64,000 nucleotides of DNA from Spirochaetia bacterium (GTDB lineage: Bacteria; Spirochaetota; Spirochaetia; SZUA-6; Bin103). Shown here in pieces: positions 1 to 9,225 of this stretch. The stretch spans positions 3,840,001 through 3,904,000 of the forward strand of contig OZ241863.1 of NCBI GenBank assembly GCA_965203055.1. The letters run 5' to 3'. Each line of letters begins with the position of its first letter. Position 1 is the first letter of the stretch. Position numbers and translations under genes: made by a program. The notes beneath the pieces were generated by a model. The model did not search any database, was not told the DNA's origin, and saw nothing but the letters and a program-made list of their open reading frames with translations.

Positions 1-14
1 ACGGAGGGACAGGC

Positions 15-605
15 ATGCCGACTACCGGAGCGCGGAGTGCCCCCGCGGTGAGCTTCACCACCATGGCCGAGGGCACCCGTGAGGACTACGAACTGCTGGC
101 GCGGTTCGAGGAGGAATTCGCCGCCGACCTGGCCGACCGGGTGCTGGCCCAACTGCGCGCGCTGGCCGGCTCGCTGGCCGGCTACCAGGTGGACCGGCTG
201 GAACACTCGCTGCAAACCGCGACCCGCGCCTGGCGCGACGGAGCCGATGAAGAGATGGTGGTGGCGGCGCTGCTGCACGACATCGACGACCTGCTGGCCC
301 CGCACTGCCACGGCGAACTGTCGGCGCTGGTGCTGCGCCCCTACGTGACCGAGCGCACCTGGTGGATCGTGCGCCATCACGGCCTGTTCCAACTCTACTA
401 CTACGCGCACCACTCGGGGCGCGACCGCAACGCGCGCGACAAGTACCGCGGTCACCCCTGGTACCAGGACGCGGTGGACTTCTGCCACCGCTGGGACCAG
501 TGCTCGTTCGACCCCGACTACGAGTCGCTACCGCTGGAGTTCTTCGAGCCGATGGTGCGCCGGGTGTTCGCGCGCGAGCCGTTCAGCCTGGCGCCGAGGG
601 GGTAA
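15..605 (+). CDS. HD-domain metalloprotein (PhnZ/TmpB-like diiron oxygenase or phosphohydrolase family)
   Basis: LEHSLQTA...LLHD...HCH...RHHG...WDQ gives the H-HD-H-H-D ligand pattern; GGAGG upstream. Confidence 0.8.
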   Translation: MPTTGARSAPAVSFTTMAEGTREDYELLARFEEEFAADLADRVLAQLRALAGSLAGYQVDRLEHSLQTATRAWRDGADEEMVVAALLHDIDDLLAPHCHGELSALVLRPYVTERTWWIVRHHGLFQLYYYAHHSGRDRNARDKYRGHPWYQDAVDFCHRWDQCSFDPDYESLPLEFFEPMVRRVFAREPFSLAPRG

Positions 606-608
606 GTC

Positions 609-1913
609 ATGCAGGGTCATCCGCAGAGCGTCGATCAGTCCGACCGCATCGTCCCGATCAACCTGCGCCAGAGCGGCCGCACGCCCACCGAGCTGCTGAT
701 CTCCAACCGCGTGCGCAAGTCGCCCTACTGGCATCTGTCCCACGAGGCGGGCTGCTGGCGCGCCACGGTGTACAACCGCGTCTACCATCCGCGCGGCTAC
801 GTGCGCCCGGAGGAGGGCGGCGCCGCGGCGGAGCATGCAGCGCTGACCACGCACGTCACGCTGTGGAACGTGGCTGTGGAACGCCAGATCCGGGTCCTGG
901 GGCCGGACGCGGAGCGGTTCGTGGACTACGTCATCACGCGCAACGCGGCCCGCATCAAGCCGCTGCACGCCAAGTACGTGATCCTCTGCAACGAACGGGG
1001 CGGCATCCTCAACGACCCGGTGCTGCTGCGCCTCTCGGCCGACGAGTTCTGGTTCTCGCTGGCCGACTCCGACCTGCTGTACTGGCTGCAGGGGGTGAAC
1101 GTGGGGCTGCGCATGGAGGTGCGGATCGACGAGATCGACGCCTGTCCGGTGCAGCTCCAGGGGCCGAAGTCGCTCGCCCTGATGGCCGACCTGGTAGGAG
1201 ACGGGATCCGCGACATCCCCTACTACGGTCTCATGGAGGCGCGCATCGCCGGGTGCCCGGTGGTGATTTCGCAGTCCGGCTTCTCGGGCGAAAAGGGCTA
1301 CGAGATCTATCTGCGCGACGCCACCCTGCACGCCGAGAAGATGTGGTACGCGGTGCTGGAGGCGGGCAAGGCGCACCATCTCCAGGTGATCGCGCCCGGG
1401 CACCAGCGCCGCATCCAGGCCGGCATCCTGTCCTGGGGCCAGGACATCGATCACGAGACCGTGCCGTTCCAGTGCAACCTGGCCTATCAGGTGCCGCGCA
1501 AGAAGCGGGCCGACTACATCGGCAAGGCGGCCCTGGAGCGCATCCGCGAACAGGTCGACGCCGGGCGCCCGCCGTTCAAGATGATGCTGGTGGGCATGAC
1601 CCTGGGCGGCAAGCCGATCGACGACTACGCGCCCGACTTCTGGCTGGTGTCGGACGCCGGCGGCGGCGATCCGATCGGCTACCTGACCTCGCCGTGGCAC
1701 GCCCCGGAGCTGGGCTGCAACATCGCCCTCGGCTACGTGCCGGTGGCGCGGGCGGCGGTCGGCACGCCGCTCACGGTATGGCTGCCCGACGAGTACGCCA
1801 GCGAGCCGGGCAAGCCGGAGCAGGCGCAGGTATGCGAAGTCCCGTTCCGGCCGTCGGTCAATCCGAGCGCGCGCGAGCTGGCCCACGCGCGCGGCGAGGA
1901 CGCCGCGCTCTAG
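609..1913 (+). CDS. GcvT/DmdA-family THF-dependent aminomethyltransferase/demethylase
   Basis: GPDAERF, GGILNDP, QGPKS, SGFSGEKGYEIY, RRIQAG, NIALGYV motifs; 3 nt after the previous stop. Confidence 0.85.
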   Translation: MQGHPQSVDQSDRIVPINLRQSGRTPTELLISNRVRKSPYWHLSHEAGCWRATVYNRVYHPRGYVRPEEGGAAAEHAALTTHVTLWNVAVERQIRVLGPDAERFVDYVITRNAARIKPLHAKYVILCNERGGILNDPVLLRLSADEFWFSLADSDLLYWLQGVNVGLRMEVRIDEIDACPVQLQGPKSLALMADLVGDGIRDIPYYGLMEARIAGCPVVISQSGFSGEKGYEIYLRDATLHAEKMWYAVLEAGKAHHLQVIAPGHQRRIQAGILSWGQDIDHETVPFQCNLAYQVPRKKRADYIGKAALERIREQVDAGRPPFKMMLVGMTLGGKPIDDYAPDFWLVSDAGGGDPIGYLTSPWHAPELGCNIALGYVPVARAAVGTPLTVWLPDEYASEPGKPEQAQVCEVPFRPSVNPSARELAHARGEDAAL

Positions 1914-1919
1914 CCTGGC

Positions 1920-2756
1920 TTGGCCTCCGAGGTCCGCGAGGTGCCTGCCGCGCTGATCGACGCGGCGCCGCCGCTCGACCGCGGGCGCCTCTACCGCGGG
2001 GAGCTGCTGGTGTTCCGGCGAATGGCGGCGATGACCGCCCTGGCCGCGCGGGCGCGGGAGATGGCCGGCGCGGCGTTTGCGCCCGCCGCGCCGCCGCGCG
2101 CCGAGCAGGCGTTCGCGCCGGCGGAGTTTCTGGCCCTCGCCGCGGCGCTGCGCCGCTCCTTCATGCGCGACGGGGAGGTGCGCGCCGCGCTGCGGGCGGT
2201 AATCGCGGAGTTGGGGCTCGACCCTGCCGCCACCAGCGCCGACCGCCTGATCCTGCGCCTGCAGCCGAGCAGCGCCGCGCACCGCGGCCGGCGGGTGCGC
2301 GACCTGCCCGCGCACCGCGACACCTGGGGCTCCAACGTCATGGCGCAGATCAACCTGTGGGGCCCGGTGTTCCCGATCGACGCCGGCGCCACGCTGGTGA
2401 TCTGGCCCACGCTGTTCGACCGCGCGGTGCCCAATACCAGCGCCTCCTGGGATCTGGAACGGCTGCGCGCGGCGCCGAAGTCATATCCCCTGCTGCCCGA
2501 GTGCCAGGCCCCGCTCGACGCCCACCCGGCGCTGGCGGTGGTCATCGAGCCCGGCGATCTGCTGTGCTTCTCCGGGGCGCAGCTCCATGCCAGCCGGCCC
2601 AACCGGACCGGACGCACCCGCCTGAGCCTCGACACCCGCATCTTCGAGCGCGGCGACGCGCGCGCCGGGCGCGGGGCGGTCAACGTCGACGGCCGCGCGC
2701 CGCGCGTAGCCTGGGACTGGTTCCACGCCCTGCAGAACCCCGCCGCAACGGACTAG
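1920..2756 (+). CDS. putative 2OG-Fe(II)/PhyH-like dioxygenase
   Basis: HRD (HxD), distal H in LHAS, and RxSLD; TTG start uncertain. Confidence 0.55.
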   Translation: MASEVREVPAALIDAAPPLDRGRLYRGELLVFRRMAAMTALAARAREMAGAAFAPAAPPRAEQAFAPAEFLALAAALRRSFMRDGEVRAALRAVIAELGLDPAATSADRLILRLQPSSAAHRGRRVRDLPAHRDTWGSNVMAQINLWGPVFPIDAGATLVIWPTLFDRAVPNTSASWDLERLRAAPKSYPLLPECQAPLDAHPALAVVIEPGDLLCFSGAQLHASRPNRTGRTRLSLDTRIFERGDARAGRGAVNVDGRAPRVAWDWFHALQNPAATD

Positions 2757-2769
2757 CAAAGCTGCCGAT

Positions 2770-3026
2770 TCACCGGTACACGGCTTTGCGGTGGCCAACC
2801 TTGACCACGATCACCACCAACTGAAGGTCTTCAATCTGATAAAGGATTCGGTATGAACCTGAGCGGATACGGTACAGCTCTCCGCCGGTCAGCTCCTGCT
2901 GTCTCGCGGTCGAGGACTCTCAGCCAGATGCTCGATCCGCCGCAGAATCCGATCTACTTCGTGCTTTGGAATGCCACGCAAATCTTTGCGCACGGAGGGT
3001 TGGAAGCGTACTTCATATCGTTCCAT
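2770..3026 (-). pseudogene. relE: RelE/ParE-family toxin, frameshifted
   Basis: Manual translation MERYEVRFQPSVRKDLRGIPKHEVDRILRRIEHLAESPRPRDSRS* (TGA 2889-2891); a second frame continues LTGGELYRIRSGSYRILYQIEDLQLVVIVVKVGHRKAVYR*; span 257 nt is one base short of an intact ORF. Confidence 0.85.
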
Positions 3027-3234
3027 CGGTGCGCAGCAGTTCCATAAACTCGTCGTATCCCACCGATTTCTCGTTCCGGCGCTGGCGCCAGTCTCTGATA
3101 TCCTCGAGATCTTCGGTCAGCGCCACCCGGAGCGCATCGTTGACGAGTTGAGACATCGACTCGTGGGTCTCGGCCGCCTTCAGGCGGAGCGCGTGGTGGA
3201 CATCGTCCTGCAGGTACAACGTTGCCTTGCCCAT
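3013..3234 (-). CDS. CopG/RHH-type antitoxin (73 aa)
   Basis: MGKATLYLQDDVHHALRLKAAET..SMSQLVNDAL ribbon-helix-helix pattern; overlaps the toxin start. Confidence 0.8.
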   Translation of the reverse strand: MGKATLYLQDDVHHALRLKAAETHESMSQLVNDALRVALTEDLEDIRDWRQRRNEKSVGYDEFMELLRTDGTI

Positions 3235-3358
3235 ACCGCTGCAATCATGCGGGTTTTGACGGCTTGACGGCAAGACGCCGGCGCTGCGGCGGCTGCGGCG
3301 CTCGGCACGCTGCCGGGGCCGGTAGCGCACGGCGGCCCGATCGGGGATAAACTACGGC

Positions 3359-4132
3359 ATGCAGTATCTGCGCGAACGGGTGCTGGCCGGCGAGTTGCTG
3401 GCCGGCACGTTCTGCAACATCGGCTCTCACGTCACCACCGAGATGGCGGGGCACGCCGGCTTCGACTGGCTGCTCCTGGACCTGGAGCACGGCGCCGGCG
3501 ATCAGAGCGAGCTGGTGCATCAGCTCCAGGCGGCCGCCGCGGCCGCCACGCCGGCCATCGTGCGCATCGCCTGGAACGAACCGTGGCGCTTCAAGCGGGT
3601 GCTCGATCCCGGCGCCGCGGGGGTGATGGTGCCGTGGGTCAACACGGCGGCCGAGGCCGCGGCCGCCGCGGCGGCCATGCGCTACGCGCCCGGCGGGGTG
3701 CGCGGGGCGTCGGTGCTCAACCGCGCTACCGACTACGGCCTGCGCGCCGGCGAGTACTTCGCGGCCGCCAACGACAGCCTGCTCACGGTGGTCCAGATCG
3801 AAACCCGCCAGGCGGTAGCGAACGCCGCCGCCATCGCCGCCGTGGAGGGGGTCGACGTGCTGTTCGTCGGTCCGTTCGACCTTTCGATCGGGCTGGGGAT
3901 CCGGGGCCGCTTCGACCATCCGGAGTTCCTGGCGGCGCTGGATCAGGTGGTGGCCGGCGCCAAGGGGGCCGGCAAGGCGGCGGGCATTCTGCTGCAGCGC
4001 GCCGAGCAGGTGGCAGCCACGGTGGAGCGCGGCTTTACTTTCATCGCCCTGGGCTCCGACGGCGGGCTGGTGGCCAATGGCATGGCGCAACTGGCGGCCG
4101 CGTTCGCCCCCTTCCGCGCCAACGAAGGGTAA
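3359..4132 (+). CDS. HpcH/HpaI-family aldolase (GarL/RhmA-like)
   Basis: GFDWLLLDLEHG, GVMVP, VQIET, FVGPFDL motifs. Confidence 0.9.
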   Translation: MQYLRERVLAGELLAGTFCNIGSHVTTEMAGHAGFDWLLLDLEHGAGDQSELVHQLQAAAAAATPAIVRIAWNEPWRFKRVLDPGAAGVMVPWVNTAAEAAAAAAAMRYAPGGVRGASVLNRATDYGLRAGEYFAAANDSLLTVVQIETRQAVANAAAIAAVEGVDVLFVGPFDLSIGLGIRGRFDHPEFLAALDQVVAGAKGAGKAAGILLQRAEQVAATVERGFTFIALGSDGGLVANGMAQLAAAFAPFRANEG

Positions 4133-4138
4133 CGGGGG

Positions 4139-4510
4139 CTACCGGCTCGCTGCGGGCGGTTCCGGGACCGGCGGCGGCGGGCCGATCTCGAGCCTGGTCT
4201 CGATGCGCACCAAGCGGGTGTCGATGGCGTGAACGTCGGCGCGCAGGGACTCCACGTCGGCGCTGATCTCGGCACGCAACGCGGCAACATCGGTCTTGAC
4301 CTCAGTGCGCAACGCGGCAACATCGGTCTTGACCTCGGCGCGCAACGCGCGAACATCGGCGCGCACATCCCGTATGTCAGCGCTCAGTACGAGCACGGCT
4401 ACCAGGATGGTCAGCACGATTACCACGAACTGAACGGCGGCTTGCCAGTCGATCAGGTTCCGGGCAGCGACCGCCGGTCTCCGGGTGGGCGTGGCGTCCG
4501 CAGCGCTCAT
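4139..4510 (-). CDS. small membrane-anchored coiled-coil protein
   Basis: TM segment FVVIVLTILVAVLVL followed by DVAALRT/AEVKT repeats; 33-bp DNA repeat at 4275 and 4308. Confidence 0.7.
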   Translation of the reverse strand: MSAADATPTRRPAVAARNLIDWQAAVQFVVIVLTILVAVLVLSADIRDVRADVRALRAEVKTDVAALRTEVKTDVAALRAEISADVESLRADVHAIDTRLVRIETRLEIGPPPPVPEPPAASR

Positions 4511-4662
4511 GCCGGCCAAGCTACCACAAGGATCGTGCCCGCGCATAGTCGGCGGTGATCTGACGGATTCTGAGGGCGCACTTCCTGAACGCGTCAGGCG
4601 GCCCAGTGGAGTCCTCGTGCGCGCCCCGCCGGCTGGCGTACCGCGTCAGCGGTCAGGTCAGG

Positions 4663-5361
4663 TTAGAGACGTTCGGGAACTTCCAGGTAGCGTACCCCGG
4701 CGGCAGCGGCGCGTTCCCGGTCGGCGGCATCGAGCCGATAACCGGCGACCAAGGCCACGGCCTCCTCGCCGAACACCGCGGCAAGCGTTTCCGCGCTGTT
4801 GCGGCTGCGGACGACGTCGTCGGCATCGAGCCGATTGGCAACCTCGACCGCGACCCAGACCGGCGCGCGTTCCCGCCGCCGCCGCCCGCGCAGAATGATG
4901 TCGGTAGCGATGATCCGGTGCTCTTGCGCCTCGCTGATACGACCCTCGTCGGCGGCCGCGGCGACCCGATCGGCAAAATCTTCAGGGCACTGGTGCACGG
5001 CGCTCTGGATGATGCGGACGCGCCGCAACTCCAGGAGCTGACTCAGCAGCGGCTGAATCCTGCGGTGCACCTTCATCTCCAGGTCCGACCCCTTCAGGTA
5101 TCCGACGTCGTTCTTGAGGCCCGCCACGTCGGTCTTGAGGCCCGCTACGTCCTTCTTGAGCTCGGCAATATCTTTCTCGATGCGGTCCAGCCGCGCCGGC
5201 ATGCCGAGAAACTCGTTGGTGAGCAGGGCGCGCAGCAACATTCGTTGCGCCTCGGGGTTGGCCTGCAGCTCGGCGATGATGCGCGCCACCAGCGACTCCG
5301 GGTTCAACTGTGATTCCGGGTTCAACTGTTCAGCCTGTTCAACCGCCACGGGTGATCCCAC
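4663..5361 (-). CDS. coiled-coil protein with degenerate PD-(D/E)XK-like C-terminal domain, copy 1
   Basis: Heptads DIAELKK/DVAGLKT then TDIILRG...VAVEVA; near-identical to the neighbouring gene. Confidence 0.75.
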   Translation of the reverse strand: MGSPVAVEQAEQLNPESQLNPESLVARIIAELQANPEAQRMLLRALLTNEFLGMPARLDRIEKDIAELKKDVAGLKTDVAGLKNDVGYLKGSDLEMKVHRRIQPLLSQLLELRRVRIIQSAVHQCPEDFADRVAAAADEGRISEAQEHRIIATDIILRGRRRRERAPVWVAVEVANRLDADDVVRSRNSAETLAAVFGEEAVALVAGYRLDAADRERAAAAGVRYLEVPERL

Positions 5362-5482
5362 GTCCCGATCGAACCTACACGGCGGGCGCGGCTCCGATCA
5401 AGCCTCCAGTCCCCTCCTCCCCTTCGGCCCAGTGGATGGTCCTCGTGCGCGCCACCGCCGGCTGGCGTACCGCGTTAGCGTG

Positions 5483-6205
5483 CTAGAGCCGTTCGGGAAC
5501 TTCCAGGTAGCGTACCCCGGCGGCAGCGGCGCGTTCCCGGTCGGCGGCATCGAGCCGATACCCGGCGACCAAGGGCACGGCCTCCTCGCCGAACACGGCC
5601 GCAAGCGTATCCGCGCTGTTGCGGCTGCGGACGATGTCGTCGGCATCGATCCGATTGGCTACCTCGACCGCGACCCTGACCGGCGTGCGTTCCCGCCGCC
5701 GCCGCCCGCGCAGAATGATGTCGGTAGCGATGATCCGGTGCTCTTGCGCCTCGCTGATACGGCCCTCGTCGGCGGCCGCGGCGACCAGATCGGCAAAGTC
5801 CTCAGGACACTGGTGCACGGCGCTCTGGATGATGCGGACGCGCCGCAACTCCAGGAGCTGACTCAGCAGCGGCTGAATCCTGCGGTGCACTTTCATCTCC
5901 AGGTCCGACCCCTTCAGGTATCCGACGTCGGTCTTGAGGCCCGCCACGTCCTTCGTGAGGCCCGCTACGTCGGTCTTGAGCTCTGCCACGTCCTTCTTGA
6001 GGCCCGCCACGTCGATCTTGAGCTCGGCAATGTCTTTCTCGATGCGGTCCAGCCGCGCCGGCATGCCGAGAAACTCGTTGGTGAGCAGGGCGCGCAGCAA
6101 CATCCGTTGCGCCTCGGGGTTAGCCTGCAGCTCGGCAATGATGCGCGCCACCAGCGATTCCGGGTTCAACTGTCCAGCCTGCTCAACCGCCGCGTATGGT
6201 CCCAC
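5483..6205 (-). CDS. coiled-coil protein with degenerate PD-(D/E)XK-like C-terminal domain, copy 2
   Basis: Paralog of 4663-5361 with two extra heptads. Confidence 0.75.
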   Translation of the reverse strand: MGPYAAVEQAGQLNPESLVARIIAELQANPEAQRMLLRALLTNEFLGMPARLDRIEKDIAELKIDVAGLKKDVAELKTDVAGLTKDVAGLKTDVGYLKGSDLEMKVHRRIQPLLSQLLELRRVRIIQSAVHQCPEDFADLVAAAADEGRISEAQEHRIIATDIILRGRRRRERTPVRVAVEVANRIDADDIVRSRNSADTLAAVFGEEAVPLVAGYRLDAADRERAAAAGVRYLEVPERL

Positions 6206-6294
6206 GTCCGATTGAACCTATAGGGCGAGTGCGGCTCCGGTCAAGCCACCGGCCTCCCTCCCTTCGGCGCGTGCGGCGCGGCCCCCCGGGCGTT

Positions 6295-7515
6295 TCAGGG
6301 AACGCGGGCGCGAAACAGCAGCGCCGTGCCGCGCGCGCGGTAGCTGCCCGCGCCGGCCGGTACGAAGACCGACTCGCCGGGGCGGCAGTGCAGCTCGCGG
6401 CCTGAGGCGTCGCGCAGGATGCCGTAGCCGAGCACCAGCAGCACGATCTCGGGGCCGGCGGGGGTGGCCGCGAATTCCGACCGGGACGGCAGTTCGTCCA
6501 GCGCCACCGACGAGAGCGCGAACTCGGCGGCGGGGGTCGGGTAGTGGCGCTCGCCGTTGGCGGCCGGGCGCGGGCGCAGCAGCGCCGGCGGCTCGGGCGC
6601 GAACTTCGCCGCCTGCAGGAGCTCCGCGGCGTCGACGTGCTTGGCGGTGAGCCCGCCGCGCAGCACGTTGTCGGAGTTCGCCTGCAGCTCGACGCCGGTG
6701 CCGCGCAGCGTGGCGTGCAGCGTCCCGGCGCCGGTGTAGGCCCCCTCGCCGGGCTCCATCCGCACCAGATTCAACAGCCAGGGACTGAGCGCCCCGGGGT
6801 CTTCCGGGTATTGCGCCGCCAGCCGCCGGACCCACTCGGCCTCAGCCGGGCCGGGCTCTCCGGGAGCAGCCGGCGGCGGCCGGCCGGCGGCGCTGCGGAC
6901 CGCGCGCGCCACCAACTCGGCGCGCTGCCCCGCGTCCAGGCGCAACGCCGCCGCCACCAGCGCGCGCAACGCGTCCGGCCCCGGACGCGCCTGCAGCGCG
7001 GCGACCGCCGGGCGCAGCGGCGGCGCGTCGATGACCTGCAACCGGCGCGCGAGCGCGGCGTAGGGACGAAACCCGGAGAGCAGCTCGTAGGGCTCCAGGG
7101 CCACCACCACCTCCGGCTTGTGGTTGCGGTCGCGGTAGCTGCGCTGCGGCGCATCCACCGCGATCCCCGCCGCCTGCTCGCGGGCAAAGCCCGCGGCCGC
7201 CTGCCGCCGCGTCGGATGCGCCTGAATCGACAGCGGCTGCGCCACCGCCAGCACCTTGAGCAGGAACGGCAGCACTCCCCCGAAGCGCGGCGCCGCCGGC
7301 CCCAGCGCCTCCGCCGGCCGCTCCGCCACCAGCCGCTCCAGGCTCACCCGGCGGCCTCCCACCGTCACCGCCGACGGCGCCTGCGGATGCGCTCCGAGCC
7401 ACAGCTCGGCCTCCGGCTGCTCCGCCGGCGGGCGCTCCTGCAGCCGCGCCAGCGCCGTCTTCGACCCCCATGCATAGTGCTGAATGGGGTTGTCCAGCTT
7501 CAGCAACCCGAGCAT
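6295..7515 (-). CDS. manA: mannose-6-phosphate isomerase, class I
   Basis: YAWGS, AELWLGAHP, PFLLKVL, LSIQAHP, NHKPE, ANSDNVLRGGLT. Confidence 0.95.
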   Translation of the reverse strand: MLGLLKLDNPIQHYAWGSKTALARLQERPPAEQPEAELWLGAHPQAPSAVTVGGRRVSLERLVAERPAEALGPAAPRFGGVLPFLLKVLAVAQPLSIQAHPTRRQAAAGFAREQAAGIAVDAPQRSYRDRNHKPEVVVALEPYELLSGFRPYAALARRLQVIDAPPLRPAVAALQARPGPDALRALVAAALRLDAGQRAELVARAVRSAAGRPPPAAPGEPGPAEAEWVRRLAAQYPEDPGALSPWLLNLVRMEPGEGAYTGAGTLHATLRGTGVELQANSDNVLRGGLTAKHVDAAELLQAAKFAPEPPALLRPRPAANGERHYPTPAAEFALSSVALDELPSRSEFAATPAGPEIVLLVLGYGILRDASGRELHCRPGESVFVPAGAGSYRARGTALLFRARVP

Positions 7516-7576
7516 CGACGGACCGCTAACGGCCCAACCTGACCCGCCGGCCGCGGCTCGGCTGCCGGCATCACGC

Positions 7577-9070
7577 TTACTCCTCGTCCGCGATCCGCAC
7601 CTGCAGCGTCCTGCCTTCCAGCGTCCGGCGCGCCCAGTAGAGGTTCTGGAACTGATCGTTGCCGGGCTCCGTCCACTCCGCGATGGCGGTTGCTCCGGTG
7701 CCGCTGCCGCCGGTAATGGTGATGGTGGGGCGCATCGGGTAGCCGCTCCCCCGGTTCGTGATCGTCACCTCGCCGAGCACGGCTATCAATGCGGAGGTGG
7801 CGGATGCCGCTTGACCGAACTCTTGTGAGAAGATAACGGTCGGGGCGGTCGTGTAGCCGTACCCCGGGTCCGTGACCGTCACCGAATCGACGGCGCCGGA
7901 CAGCACCGCGGTGGCCGTCGCCCCGCTGCCGCCGCCGCCCGTAAAGCTGACGGTCGGCACCGTCGTGTAGCCGCTCCCATTGCCCGTCACTGCCACGGAA
8001 GATATGCCGCTCTGCAGCGTCGCGGTGGCGGTGGCGGCCGTGGAGGGACCGCCGCCGCTAAAGGATACGGTCGGGGCCGACGTGTAGCCGCTCCCCGCGT
8101 TCGTCATCGTCACGCCCGTGACGGTACCCGTCAGGCTGAGCACCGCGGTACCGGTCGCCACGTTGGTACCGCTGGCCGGGTTCCCGAAGGTAACGGTGGG
8201 GGAGCTGTTGTAGCCGCTCCCATTGTTCGTCATCGTCACGGACGCGACGCCGGTTTGCAGGAACGCGGTGGCGACCGCCCCGGTGCCCGGCCCCCCAAAG
8301 GCAACGGTCGGGGCCGACGTGTAGCCGCTCCCCGGGTTCGTGATATCCACGTCATAGACTTCGCTCTTCAACGCTGCGGTGGCGGTGGGCATGGCGCCGC
8401 CGGACGGCGGCGCCGAAAAGCTGACGGTCGGAGCGACGCGTGACGCGTAGGTTTGAGCTCCGTCGTACGTGACCGTCACGGACCCGACGCCCATGGACGC
8501 CGCCGCGGTGGCGGTGGCCCTGACGCCGCCGGACGGCGGCGCCGAAAAGCTGACGGTCGGAGCGCTCGTGTAGCCGCTCCCCCGGCTCGTGACCGTGACC
8601 CGGCTGACGAATCCGCCCTCGTCCGACTGGTCCGGGGCCGTGAGCACCAGCACCACCTCGCCCTCCCGGACTTCCGCTTCGACCTTCCACTCCGCGCCGG
8701 AGAGATCGTCCGCGAAGACCGGCCGGTAACTGACGTTCTCGAGCGGCAGGTCCTGCCCGTCGATCGATACGCGCACCTTGCCGGCGGCGATCCGGTCCCA
8801 GGCGTACGGCGCGGAACGGTTGGTGGTCTGGATAAACACGTCCGCCTCGTCGCCAAAGTGAGCCACGCTGATCGGCCAGCTCTTCATCGTCTCCTGCGGC
8901 GTCGGCGTCGTCGGCTCATCGCCGCCGGTCCCGCCGCCGCCCGACCCCGGCATTGCCGGCGTCGTCGTTCCCGGCGTAGTACCGGGCCGCGCCGTCTGCG
9001 TGCACGCCACCAGCATGGCGATGCCGGCGGCCGCCGCGAGCGCTACCATCATCGTCGTCCTACTACTCAT
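7577..9070 (-). CDS. lipoprotein with eight ~40-aa VTVTNxGSGYTSAPTV beta-repeats
   Basis: Signal peptide and lipobox MLVAC; GGAG upstream of ATG 9070; exact 41-bp DNA repeat at 8395-8435 and 8524-8564. Confidence 0.8.
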   Translation of the reverse strand: MSSRTTMMVALAAAAGIAMLVACTQTARPGTTPGTTTPAMPGSGGGGTGGDEPTTPTPQETMKSWPISVAHFGDEADVFIQTTNRSAPYAWDRIAAGKVRVSIDGQDLPLENVSYRPVFADDLSGAEWKVEAEVREGEVVLVLTAPDQSDEGGFVSRVTVTSRGSGYTSAPTVSFSAPPSGGVRATATAAASMGVGSVTVTYDGAQTYASRVAPTVSFSAPPSGGAMPTATAALKSEVYDVDITNPGSGYTSAPTVAFGGPGTGAVATAFLQTGVASVTMTNNGSGYNSSPTVTFGNPASGTNVATGTAVLSLTGTVTGVTMTNAGSGYTSAPTVSFSGGGPSTAATATATLQSGISSVAVTGNGSGYTTVPTVSFTGGGGSGATATAVLSGAVDSVTVTDPGYGYTTAPTVIFSQEFGQAASATSALIAVLGEVTITNRGSGYPMRPTITITGGSGTGATAIAEWTEPGNDQFQNLYWARRTLEGRTLQVRIADEE

Positions 9071-9225
9071 CAAGATTCTCTCCTGCGCCGATCGACACCG
9101 TGTAACGCGCCGAACCCTGTCCCGAGTCCGGTGCCGAGTGCCGGGTGCCGGCGTCCAATCGGACCGGATTGTAGCACGAGTCCGGCCCACTTCCGAAACG
9201 CCGCGCCGGCGCGCGCGGCGCGCGC

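Larger units (their letters stand above)
4602..6267. repeat. tandem duplication of an ~830-bp unit (gene plus flanks), copies ~4602-5425 and ~5426-6267
   Basis: Near-identical CDSs and flanks (cccagtgga..tcctcgtgcgcgcc; gctccg.tcaagcc..ccttcggc). Confidence 0.9.
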
